Shown here: one piece after another, positions 46,267 to 55,974 of the stretch
How the letters are laid out: each line of letters starts with the position of its first letter
Position numbering within the stretch: position 1 is the stretch's first letter
Assembly: GCA_963777505.1 (NCBI GenBank)
Contig: CAVZQN010000004.1
Span: 1,440,001-1,504,000 of the forward strand
Direction: 5' to 3'
From: an uncultured bacterium
GTDB lineage: Bacteria; Acidobacteriota; HRBIN11; JAKEFK01
Length of the DNA: 64,000 nt
Translations under genes and position numbers: made by a program
Notes under the pieces: generated by a model
The model's input: only the letters and a program-made list of their open reading frames with translations
Databases searched by the model: none
Told to the model about the DNA's origin: nothing

Positions 46267-47718
46267 ATGAATGAGCTTCGTTTGTTTTATTGGAACCAAA
46301 AAAAGATGAATGAAAATGGAAGCTACGTTTTGTATTGGATGCAAATTAATCGAAGGTTCGAATTCAATTACGCGCTCGAATACGCAGTTGAAAAAGCAAA
46401 TGAGTTAAAGAAGCCACTCTTAATTTATGAAGGATTAAAATGCACATACTCATGGGCAAGTGATCGCTTCCATAAGTTCATTTTGGAAGGGATGCTTGAA
46501 AATAAGCAAATCGCACGAAAAAACGGTTGGAACTACTACTGTTTCGTTGAAGAAAATCCTCATGAAGGAAGTGGACTTGTGAACAGTCTGGCAAAAAGCT
46601 CTTGTCTTGTGGTTACAGATGATTTTCCTGTGTTTGTAATTCGTGAGCATAATGAAAAAGTCGGACCTGAAGTGCCCGTGACTTATATTTCGGTAGATTC
46701 CAATGGAATCATTCCTTTGGGTTTATCAAAAAAAGCGCCATATTCGGCCTATCAATTTCGCAGGTTGATGCAAAAGAACTTTCTCAGTGAATTCAGTAAG
46801 CCCCCTTTGCGAAATCCTATGCGCAAGTTAAAGGTTCAAGTGACTTTGGATTTGTCGGACTTTACAAATCATTGGTCCGATTCTGCGGAAAAACTTGAAG
46901 AAGTTGATACTTTAATAGAGGCAATTGCAATTGATCACTCCGTCAAACCCATTCCGCTGAAAGGCACTCGAGAAACCGGCCTAAAACGATTGAAGGCTTT
47001 CTTAGCGAAAGAAATTAGCAGATATGCTGAACTCAGAAATCATCCTGACTTGCAGGTCACCAGCGGTTTGAGCCCTTATCTACATTTTGGAAAGATTTCG
47101 GCCTATGAAGTTGTTCAAATGGTTTTAAGACAGCAACCAAAAGGCTGGAATGTAAGTAAGATCCATTACAGTCATGGTTCGCGCCAGGGTTTTTTTAGCG
47201 GACATTCATTTGTAGATTCCTTTCTGGAGGAATTCATTACTTGGCGTGAGACCGGATATCACTTTTGTCATCATGTGCGAAATTATGATTCATATAAAAC
47301 GCTGCCTGAATGGGCGAAAAAGACGTTAGAAAAACATGCAAGCGATCCGCGTGACCACGTCTATTCACTAGAAGAATTTGAAACAGCATCTACACATGAT
47401 CCGTTATGGAATGCTGCTCAAAGACAGCTTTTGCTGGAAGGAACTATTCATAATTATTTAAGAATGTTGTGGGGCAAGAAAATTCTAGAATGGTCAAAGA
47501 ATCCGAAAATGGCTTTAAGCTATTTGATCCATCTAAATAACAAATACGCCATCGATGGAAGAAATCCAAACAGTTACACAGGAATTTTCTGGATTTTAGG
47601 ACGATTCGATCGACCATGGGCGCCGGAACGCGAAATTTTTGGAAGTGTGCGCTATATGAGCAGTAAGAATACCCAGCGAAAAGTTAAGGTGAAAAAATAC
47701 CTGGAAACATTTGGATAA
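46267..47718 (+). CDS. Class II deoxyribodipyrimidine photolyase
   Basis: YVLYWMQ, SGLSPYLHFG, THDPLWNAAQ, HNYLRMLWGKKILEW, DGRNPN, DRPW; start moved to ATG 46267. Confidence 0.93.
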   Translation: MNELRLFYWNQKKMNENGSYVLYWMQINRRFEFNYALEYAVEKANELKKPLLIYEGLKCTYSWASDRFHKFILEGMLENKQIARKNGWNYYCFVEENPHEGSGLVNSLAKSSCLVVTDDFPVFVIREHNEKVGPEVPVTYISVDSNGIIPLGLSKKAPYSAYQFRRLMQKNFLSEFSKPPLRNPMRKLKVQVTLDLSDFTNHWSDSAEKLEEVDTLIEAIAIDHSVKPIPLKGTRETGLKRLKAFLAKEISRYAELRNHPDLQVTSGLSPYLHFGKISAYEVVQMVLRQQPKGWNVSKIHYSHGSRQGFFSGHSFVDSFLEEFITWRETGYHFCHHVRNYDSYKTLPEWAKKTLEKHASDPRDHVYSLEEFETASTHDPLWNAAQRQLLLEGTIHNYLRMLWGKKILEWSKNPKMALSYLIHLNNKYAIDGRNPNSYTGIFWILGRFDRPWAPEREIFGSVRYMSSKNTQRKVKVKKYLETFG

Positions 47719-47749
47719 GATTTTGTTGCCGCTGCTTCAAGCCGGATCC

Positions 47750-48268
47750 TTAAGGCTTTTTCTTTCGATTAATCGACTCGCGCATATTCTTGGCAATCTT
47801 TTCCGGCATATAAACAGCATTCACAATCATAGAAGAGCTTGACGGCTTCAAGAATACAGTGCCATGTCTGTGCTTATCGATTGGATCCTTATATTGAAAC
47901 TGATATGTGACGATATTGTCTGCTTTATCTTTCCAATTTCCCGACCATTCGTAAATCATGTAAGCGGGCCGCTTTGGAGGGTCTTCATAAATAGTCCATC
48001 CTGAAACGAGTGAAGTAGAATTCTCCGGATGCAAATAATCTTCTTTCAACGGGATCCAGCCTTCCGACTCAAGTTTTTTACTGACCTGGTTAATTGTGGA
48101 TTCAGCGGGAAATTTTGCTTCAAGTTTATAGAACATTCTATTTATTCCGCCCGTGTAAAATTGCTTCAGATTAGTGGCATCCTTCAAAATAATGAACGAA
48201 TTCGGGTACGTTTGATTACAGGAAATCGTCAGTACGACAGAACAAAGAATCAATATTTTTTTAAACAT
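47750..48268 (-). CDS. Hypothetical lipoprotein
   Basis: MFKK + hydrophobic stretch + TISC. Confidence 0.7.
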   Translation of the reverse strand: MFKKILILCSVVLTISCNQTYPNSFIILKDATNLKQFYTGGINRMFYKLEAKFPAESTINQVSKKLESEGWIPLKEDYLHPENSTSLVSGWTIYEDPPKRPAYMIYEWSGNWKDKADNIVTYQFQYKDPIDKHRHGTVFLKPSSSSMIVNAVYMPEKIAKNMRESINRKKKP

Positions 48269-48302
48269 TTTGTTGTTTTGAAGGGTAAATAGACTCGCAA
48301 GT

Positions 48303-49214
48303 CTACATTATTTTCTTTCCAAGTGAAGAAAGTATGAATTCAACGGCAAATTGCGCGGTCTGATTTGCTGTGTCGTACAAAGGATTTACTTCAGTTACTT
48401 CAACCGAAAGCATTTTTCCTGAATCAGAGATCTTCTCCATTGCAAGATGTGTTTCACGATATGTAGCGCCGCCCATTTCACGGGTCCCTACACCTGGGGC
48501 ATAAAAGGGATCCAGGAAATCCATATCCAGAGTCGCATGAAATCCACGTGTATTTTGTGACGCAATTTTGATCGCTTCTTGGATGACGATTCCAATCCCA
48601 CGTTCGTCAATTTCACTCATTGTAAAAACTCGAATACCCAGCTTACGAATTAATTCAGTTTCTCCAGGATCGACGCTTCGAGCACCCAGAATTACGGTGT
48701 TTTCAGGAAGGACTTTCGGCGCAAATCCTGCAACGTGAGTAAATTCGCGAGCCCCATGTCCTAAAAGTGCAGCCAGAGGCATTCCATGAACGTTGCCTGA
48801 CGGAGTCGAATCTGGAGTGTTGATATCAGTGTGAGCATCCAGCCAGATAATTCCGATCCGCTCATTCCTTTTTTTATAAAACGACGCAACGCCTGCGGCG
48901 CTTCCGATCGCAATGGAGTGATCTCCGCCAAGGACCACGGGAATTGAATCATTCTGTAATGAGTCTTCAACTACAATCGCAAGCTTTTCACACGCAGAAG
49001 CAATTTCCGGCAGGTAATGAGCGCGTAAATTCGACCGGGCTATCGATTCGGGTGGCTGTACATTAATATTCCCTGTGTCGTGAACTTCATAACCGAGCCG
49101 ATTGGCCGATTGATTCAGTCCGGCAATCCGGATTACGGACGGGCCCATATCGACTCCACGTCGGCCTGCCCCTAAATCCATCGGAACACCAATAATTGTG
49201 ATTTTTTTCGTCAT
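48303..49214 (-). CDS. rocF: Arginase
   Basis: [35 protein letters not shown]. Confidence 0.95.
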   Translation of the reverse strand: MTKKITIIGVPMDLGAGRRGVDMGPSVIRIAGLNQSANRLGYEVHDTGNINVQPPESIARSNLRAHYLPEIASACEKLAIVVEDSLQNDSIPVVLGGDHSIAIGSAAGVASFYKKRNERIGIIWLDAHTDINTPDSTPSGNVHGMPLAALLGHGAREFTHVAGFAPKVLPENTVILGARSVDPGETELIRKLGIRVFTMSEIDERGIGIVIQEAIKIASQNTRGFHATLDMDFLDPFYAPGVGTREMGGATYRETHLAMEKISDSGKMLSVEVTEVNPLYDTANQTAQFAVEFILSSLGKKIM

Positions 49215-49262
49215 TATTAAACTTGTAACGGGCGCGTCAAGACTCGCACAGTACCAATATTA

Positions 49263-51635
49263 TTACTTCTCTTTTAAGCGCACCATCGAGGCAGGAATTA
49301 TATCTAGAATTGGCTGATTATTCCTTCCAAATCGTCCAAAACTAAGAGTTCCTGTTGGGCATTGCTGAACACATGCAGAACATCGGACACACTGAGGATC
49401 ATTCATAGGCAAGCCTTTGTTTGCGAAGCTCATAATATCAATTCCTTGATGGCAAACCGAAGTACACACATTGCATGATATGCATTTTGATTTCTCGGCA
49501 AAAATTCTAAACCGTGAAAATCGCGTATATATATGCATTAACGCTGCTAAGGGACACGCAAAACGGCACCAAACTCTTCCGCTGAACCAAAAATACATTC
49601 CAACACCGATGATCCCTGCAAGAAAAATATCAACAACGTAGTAGTAATTCAGTTTGACGCCAAACAGGCTCCACCCGCTCAAGAGTCCTGAATACAATTT
49701 ACGGAACATGATTCCCAATTCAGTTTGCGGCCATGTCCAGCTGAATATTCTTGCAGCGAGCAAAACAAACGCCGCCACCAAAATGACCTGTCCTACCATA
49801 TTCATGCGATTCCAGAATGGTCCGTGCGGCATTTTCTGTCTGTACGAATCTCCAAGCGTTTCTGACAGAGCGCCGCATGAACAAATCCATCCGCAATAGG
49901 CGCCTTTGCCCCAACGAAAAATAATCAGCGGGATGATGATGAATGTTTGTGCAAATGAAATTCCTAGCCACCACCATAAGGGCTGTCCTGTAAAAACATT
50001 CCAGATAAATAATGGCCAGGCTAGAATCAGCCCACTCGCTCTCCAATATTCCCTGCCATGTCCATATTGAACCGCCGGAAACAGCGCATCTGCAAAGGAT
50101 TTTCCTGCAGCATGATCGAACCATCCGTTATAACCCATCCAGGGAAGAACAATTTGAGGCAGCACAAAGAGAGGAATGACTTGAATCGCCATCAATGCAA
50201 AGGTCTGCATTTTTACATATGGAGTTTTGCGCCTTTGAATTCTTCGAATTCCGAAAATGACAACGCACAAACAGTAGGCCATCGAATAATAAAAAGAAGG
50301 ATCTCGACTCGCCCTAACGATCGTGCCTAACAAATTGGAAGGTTCCGCTGCTAATGTTGAAAACAGGCCAGGCACATTATAAGGAAACCAATTGTTTGCT
50401 TGAAACCATTTATTAAGGGAACCACCGGCCTTCCAATTGTAAAGAAACACACAAAATAATAAGAAGGTGATAAAGCCGAACCAGGTTGCAGCTTTCCACT
50501 CCCCACGAATGGAGATTCCGGAACGTCTAAAAAAATCCAATGGCGCTTCCCGGCCAATCATCGTGAACACCACATCGTTCTTAAGGAGACTTTCTTGATT
50601 TTGGTCATCGATAAGAATTACGCGATCATTCTGAATCTCCTTCACGCGAGTTCCTAAAGCAAGATGCAGACTTCCTTGCTCATTTTTTTTCCGCATTCCT
50701 GAAGTAATCGATGTTGTAACGCGCTCGGATGATGGTTTTTCGATTGAAACATTTGCTGCTGGATCTTTTTGCAGCATCGATACTTTTTCGATATTTTCCG
50801 GCTTGGGACGCGAGAAATTCTTTTTTTCGATAACTTAAAGTAACATCAGCGCCGCTCATCGTGAGTGCGATTGCAGTCTCAAGGGCCGAATCGCCACCAC
50901 CAACGACAAGCGCCTGTTTTCCATGAAAATCTTTCGGATCGTAAAGCCTGTTAAAAACCTTATCCAGATTTTCTCCAGGTATATTCAGTTTTCGATGATT
51001 TCCGCTTCTTCCAATCGCAACGATGACTCTTCTTGCCCGAGTGACAGTCTTTTTATCGTCATGATGCAGCGATAAGCTCGGACCCTTTTCGCTCAACGCT
51101 TTCAATCCTTGCGAACGTAACCTCCACACCTGCTTTTTTCCTGTAGTGCTTCCATTTCTTCAAGCAAAGTTTCTTTGACTACGTAGCAGTGAATTGCAGG
51201 CGGCCTGCAGGCGTCATGTCTGTACGGATACGTGTAGATCGGCTTAGCCTTCGGAAAGTTAACAACAGTCGAGAAGATTTCGCTCGCTTCAAAAATTTTG
51301 TAGCTTAGGTTTGCGGATTTAGCTTCCATCGCGGCAGCAATTCCGGAAACACCTGCGCCTATGATTGCAATGTCGATCAGTTCGGGATCGGAGGACTTAC
51401 TTGAAGCAAAATTTGGCTCAGCCATAATCGCCTGAACTGCTTTAGCGCCTGTATCTGATGAGAATTTCAGAAGTGGGATCCCTGTTAGATCACCCACGAT
51501 ACGAACACCCTCAACAGAAGTCTTGCCATTTTCATCAACTTCAGGAAGTCTTTCGACAGTTCCGGCAGGCCATTGAGTATGAAGCCAGTGAGTATATGCA
51601 GTAACCGGCTTAAGGAACGATAGGATCTTTTTCAT
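49263..51635 (-). CDS. TrxB-like FAD/NAD(P) oxidoreductase fused to a multi-TM 4Fe-4S (NapH/MauN-like) domain; several frameshifts
   Basis: IIGAGVSG, AIGRSG, VVGGGDSA, CGWICSCG, WCRFACP and two CxxCxxCxxxC motifs, spread over ORFs 51102..51635, 50680..51129 and 49263..50777. Confidence 0.8.
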
Positions 51636-51780
51636 GGTTCAAAGCTTAAGTAGTTGCCATGCTACTATGATTTCTTCCTGCGATATATCTTTTAGGTGCA
51701 AGCAGGCATTGAATTCTTAAATTATAATTCTTACCTCGGCGGTATGTTCGGATATCTGTCTTTTCAGGAGTAAGGAAATA

Positions 51781-53310
51781 ATGTCGCAACAAGATAATCC
51801 TTTGCGGGTAGGACTTCGCATTCAAAAAGCAGCAGATCCTTGCACGATCATCATTTTTGGCGCCACGGGTGACTTAACGCGGAGGAAGCTCATTCCTGCA
51901 CTTTACAGTCTTGCACGCCAGAATCTATTAGGCGCGGGCTGCGCAATCATCGGAGCCTCCCGGACACAAATGTCTCATGAGGATTTTCGCAAGAGCATGC
52001 GGGAAGCCATTCAGGAATTTTCTGATGAAAAGCCAGACGAAGCGGAATGGCAAACATTTGCTTCCATGTTGTTTTACAACCATACCGACACTAAAGATCC
52101 ATCGACGGTTCTAAAATTGAAAGAACTGCTGAACCAAACGGATAAAGAACACGGAACTTCCGGTAACAGGCTTTTTTACCTTGCTACTCCTCCGTCCTCT
52201 TATAGCGAAGTCGTACAAGCGCTTGGAAAAGCGGAGTTGAGCCGTCCAGGTGAAGGAGGAATATGGGTAAGGATTATTGTAGAAAAACCGTTTGGCCGCG
52301 ATGCGCAAAGCGCCCGAGAGCTCAATCGTCAGATCCATGAAGTCTTCAGCGAAGATCAAGTTTATAGAATCGATCATTATCTTGGAAAAGAAACCGTTCA
52401 AAACATCGCGGTTCTGCGTTTTGCAAATGGAATTTTCGAACCGTTATGGAATCGAAATTATGTTGATCATGTACAAATCACGGCTTCAGAAAGTATCGGG
52501 GTTGAAAATCGCGGCAGTTACTACGAACAAGCCGGCGCTCTGAGAGATATGATTCAAAATCACATGCTTCAACTTCTCACGTTAATTGCAATGGAACCTC
52601 CAGTCGCTATTGAAGCAGGTTCAGTGAGAGACGAAAAAGTAAAAGTGATTCGTGCGATGCGATCATTCAATGTAGCCGATCTTAAAGAGATTGCAGTTCG
52701 AGCCCAATATGGAAGTGGAATGGTAACTGGAAAGGAGGTTCCTGCATACAAGCAAGAAGAAGGCGTGAATCCAAATTCGAAAACAGAAACTTTTGCGGCA
52801 ATTGTTTTCCGTGTAGATAACTGGCGTTGGGCAGGCGTGCCTTTCTACGTGCGATCCGGCAAAAGATTACCCAAACGTGTTAGTGAAGTTGCAATTCAAT
52901 TCAAACGTGTCCCTCATCTTCTTTTCCCGGAGGGTTCTTCTGGATATCTTGATCCAAATTGGTTGATCATTCGCATTCAGCCGGATGAAGGAATTTCTAT
53001 AAAGTTTGGTGCAAAACTTCCAGGTCAGATGATTCAGATCAGGCCTGTAAGCATGGATTTTCAATATGGAACATCGTTTGGAAAGAAATCGCCAGAAGCG
53101 TACGAACGCCTGCTGCTTGATGCAATGATTGGGGATGCGACGTTGTATGCGCGTGCTGATATGGTTGAGTTATGTTGGGATCTTGTCATGCCTGTTCTAA
53201 ATTCTTGGGAAAAAGATGAGCCTGTTCCAAATTATCCGGCAGGGACGTGGGGTCCTGAAGAGGCTGAAGCGTTAATTGAAAAAGATGGAAGAAAATGGCG
53301 CCGTCCTTAA
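51781..53310 (+). CDS. zwf: Glucose-6-phosphate 1-dehydrogenase
   Basis: FGATGDL, EKPFG, RIDHYLGKE, RDMIQNH. Confidence 0.98.
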   Translation: MSQQDNPLRVGLRIQKAADPCTIIIFGATGDLTRRKLIPALYSLARQNLLGAGCAIIGASRTQMSHEDFRKSMREAIQEFSDEKPDEAEWQTFASMLFYNHTDTKDPSTVLKLKELLNQTDKEHGTSGNRLFYLATPPSSYSEVVQALGKAELSRPGEGGIWVRIIVEKPFGRDAQSARELNRQIHEVFSEDQVYRIDHYLGKETVQNIAVLRFANGIFEPLWNRNYVDHVQITASESIGVENRGSYYEQAGALRDMIQNHMLQLLTLIAMEPPVAIEAGSVRDEKVKVIRAMRSFNVADLKEIAVRAQYGSGMVTGKEVPAYKQEEGVNPNSKTETFAAIVFRVDNWRWAGVPFYVRSGKRLPKRVSEVAIQFKRVPHLLFPEGSSGYLDPNWLIIRIQPDEGISIKFGAKLPGQMIQIRPVSMDFQYGTSFGKKSPEAYERLLLDAMIGDATLYARADMVELCWDLVMPVLNSWEKDEPVPNYPAGTWGPEEAEALIEKDGRKWRRP

Positions 53311-53322
53311 TAGGGTGAAGTT

Positions 53323-54402
53323 ATGAATGAAGGATTTGTTGATGTTGCCGCAATTGAAAAAGAATTACAGAAACTCTGGGCAGATATGGGAGCCATGAAG
53401 GATGGTGAAAGAGAAGCAATCACTCGCGCATGCGTTCACAATTTAGTTGTCTATGCCCCTGGAGAGAACAGTGACGCCGAAGTCAATGCAATCATTGGTG
53501 AGGTAACGGTTCAGAATCCCGGACGCGTTGTTATTCTGTTGCCTGATCCTTCTAAAAAAGAGAAAAAAGCGAATGCCTTTGTTTCTGCGCAATGTTATCG
53601 TACTGCCGGAAAGCGTCAGCAAGTTTGTTGTGAACAAATTATAGTTCGTGCGGACGGAGAAGCCATTCTTGAGCTGCCTTCACTTCTTGCCCCTTTAGTA
53701 ATTCCTGATCTTCCCGTGTTTGTGTGGTGGCGAACACCGTTAGAGAAAGGAATCGTATTTGATGAATTGTTGGAATTTGCAGATCGCGCAATTATTGACA
53801 CTGCAATCGACGATCAAACTCAGAATATTCAAGACATCACACAAATACTTCTTCAGAACAAGCATCTTTGCGCGTTCAGCGATTTGAATTGGGCGCGATT
53901 AACGATCTGGCGCGAACTGATTGCGAAATTGTTTGACGCACCGGATGCGCGTCACCAATTGAATGAGATTATCCGGCTCGAGGTTTTGTCCGAACGTCCT
54001 TTTTCTCTTCAGCCTTTGTTTTTGGTCTCATGGCTTGGAAGCCGGCTGAGTTGGAAAATTGATTCAAAGATTAAAACAGAAAATGGAACGATCAGTTTCA
54101 AAGGGACGAACGGCAGCAAGAAAAACGTCGAAATTGTTATCTCAAAATCTGATAGTTCTACAGGCAACAAGAATTTAGAGAGTGTGCGCTTGCAGTCTGA
54201 AAGCAATTCCTTTTCCGTGTCTCGTAAAAAGGAATTGTTCCACCTTGAAGTTACTTCACATGCTGCAGAAAAGGTTACGTTTTCTCAAGATCAAAAATTG
54301 GCTTCGCTTAGTGAAGCCGATTTGCTTAGAAAAGAGCTTCAAATTCTGGGCCATGATTTCCCTTATGAACAAGCGATCCAATTTTTAGATACTCTTTTCT
54401 AG
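53323..54402 (+). CDS. opcA: G6PD assembly protein OpcA
   Basis: Follows zwf; NLVVY, CCEQI, PDLPVFVWW, SDLNWARL. Confidence 0.9.
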   Translation: MNEGFVDVAAIEKELQKLWADMGAMKDGEREAITRACVHNLVVYAPGENSDAEVNAIIGEVTVQNPGRVVILLPDPSKKEKKANAFVSAQCYRTAGKRQQVCCEQIIVRADGEAILELPSLLAPLVIPDLPVFVWWRTPLEKGIVFDELLEFADRAIIDTAIDDQTQNIQDITQILLQNKHLCAFSDLNWARLTIWRELIAKLFDAPDARHQLNEIIRLEVLSERPFSLQPLFLVSWLGSRLSWKIDSKIKTENGTISFKGTNGSKKNVEIVISKSDSSTGNKNLESVRLQSESNSFSVSRKKELFHLEVTSHAAEKVTFSQDQKLASLSEADLLRKELQILGHDFPYEQAIQFLDTLF

Positions 54403-54495
54403 AATTTTTCTTACCGCTGTGCCGCAAAGTTCACTTGACTTTTATCCTGCTTTTAGGTAATTTCTGTAGTGACAGAAATAAAAGGAATAAAGTAA

Positions 54496-55029
54496 ATGAA
54501 ACGAACTCCACTTGTAGAAAAGTTCATTTTGCATTGGGGTGAGATGGGCGCCCGATGGGGAATCAATCGTACAGTCGCCCAAATTCATGCGCTTCTGTAC
54601 ATCTCACCGAAACCATTGAATGCCGAAGAGATCGCTGAAACTCTCGGAGTAGCTCGTTCAAATGTCAGCAACAGTCTGAAGGAATTGCAAGGCTGGGGGA
54701 TCGTTAAAATTGTTCACATAATGGGTGATCGACGCGATCACTTTGAAACGATGAAAGATGTATGGGAAATGCTGAGAACTGTAATTGAAGAAAGAAAGAA
54801 ACGTGAAATCGATCCAACCGCAGCGTTCCTTCATGAATGTGTATCTGAAGCGTCAAAGAGTGGCGCATCAGACAGTTACACAAAGGAAAGACTGACGGAA
54901 TTAAGCGAGTTTTTCGATTCTTTGATTGAAGCTTACGAACAGGTCAGCAAAGTCCAAACTCCTGCTTTGATACGAATACTTCGGATGGGCGATCGAGTGC
55001 GCAAGGTGCTAGAGACACCGTTACGCTGA
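54496..55029 (+). CDS. GbsR/MarR family transcriptional regulator
   Basis: FILHWGEMGARWGINRTVAQIHALL, wHTH. Confidence 0.9.
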   Translation: MKRTPLVEKFILHWGEMGARWGINRTVAQIHALLYISPKPLNAEEIAETLGVARSNVSNSLKELQGWGIVKIVHIMGDRRDHFETMKDVWEMLRTVIEERKKREIDPTAAFLHECVSEASKSGASDSYTKERLTELSEFFDSLIEAYEQVSKVQTPALIRILRMGDRVRKVLETPLR

Positions 55030-55102
55030 TCAGAGTTTGCAGAAATTTTTACAGAATTTCAGGCCAGGCCTAGCGTGTCGGGGCGCAGGTGAGGCCTTTA
55101 GT

Positions 55103-55126
55103 GGCGTCCGCCTTCGGGCGGACGCC
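55103..55126. repeat. Perfect 10-bp hairpin with TTCG loop (REP-like or terminator)
   Basis: GGCGTCCGCC-TTCG-GGCGGACGCC. Confidence 0.75.
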
Positions 55127-55159
55127 TCTTAAATCGTACTTTGAAAAGGATAACATAAA

Positions 55160-55879
55160 ATGCATCTGGAGCTTGCGGGAAAATGGAAACCGGCATTTTC
55201 AATTTGGTATAGTTGCCGGCCGGAAATTCTCAATCCCTTTCTTCCATCAGGCTTCAAAGTCCACAGTCGTAAATCGCGAGCGTTCTGCAACATCCTTATC
55301 AGCCAAATGGAATCTGCACGGCCGGTGGGTCTTCCTGTTTGGTGTGGAATTCAAGGCTGGCAAATTAATTACTGCATTTATGTGACATCCACAGCGGAAG
55401 CTTCCGGCGAAATAGCAGGGCTTTATGTGTTACGAAGCCTGATTGATCAAAAACATTTTTCAAAACTAATCAGTATGATGCCTTATTTTCATTATCAACC
55501 TGCAACAATTCGGGTTAGCGAAAATCAATCTAAGTTCAACATTCAGATTGATCATTGCAAGATATCATTCATATTAGATGCAAGTCCTCTGGATCCATCT
55601 GGCGCGTCATCGCTGAATGAAGCAATGAATTTTTTTCAACATCGAAACACGTTTGTTCTAACATCTGGTGATTTTTTGGAGTTCGCTGATTTGCATTTCG
55701 CCGGGAATGAAGAACGGATCACAGGACCAATTGATACTTTGGAATTTCATCCCGACCTGGATCAAAGTGAACTGACCTTTGAATTCGCAACATGGATAGA
55801 ATGTGCGGATTTTCACTTAATACTTGGGAGACGCGAACGCCCTGTATTTCTTGCAGAGTACGCCGAAATTGAACAGTAA
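55160..55879 (+). CDS. DUF2071-like protein (divergent)
   Basis: PFLPSGF, ARPVGLP, INYCIYV, GLYVLRS; follows the GbsR regulator. Confidence 0.55.
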   Translation: MHLELAGKWKPAFSIWYSCRPEILNPFLPSGFKVHSRKSRAFCNILISQMESARPVGLPVWCGIQGWQINYCIYVTSTAEASGEIAGLYVLRSLIDQKHFSKLISMMPYFHYQPATIRVSENQSKFNIQIDHCKISFILDASPLDPSGASSLNEAMNFFQHRNTFVLTSGDFLEFADLHFAGNEERITGPIDTLEFHPDLDQSELTFEFATWIECADFHLILGRRERPVFLAEYAEIEQ

Positions 55880-55974
55880 CTCCTGAATGAGTAGGTATTC
55901 TTTTACCGCAGAGTACGCTGAGGAGGAAAATGGGATATATTTGAGTCAAGAGGGAGGGAAGTGTTAAAAAGTAC

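Noticed and set aside
1145-49214. rocD, rocF and the spermidine synthase-like gene as one arginine/polyamine cluster
   Set aside because: rocF is about 46 kb away and the intervening genes are unrelated
50680-51240. Programmed frameshifting or pseudogenisation in the oxidoreductase and other split genes
   Set aside because: Multiple scattered indels in unrelated genes without nonsense decay are better explained by assembly error
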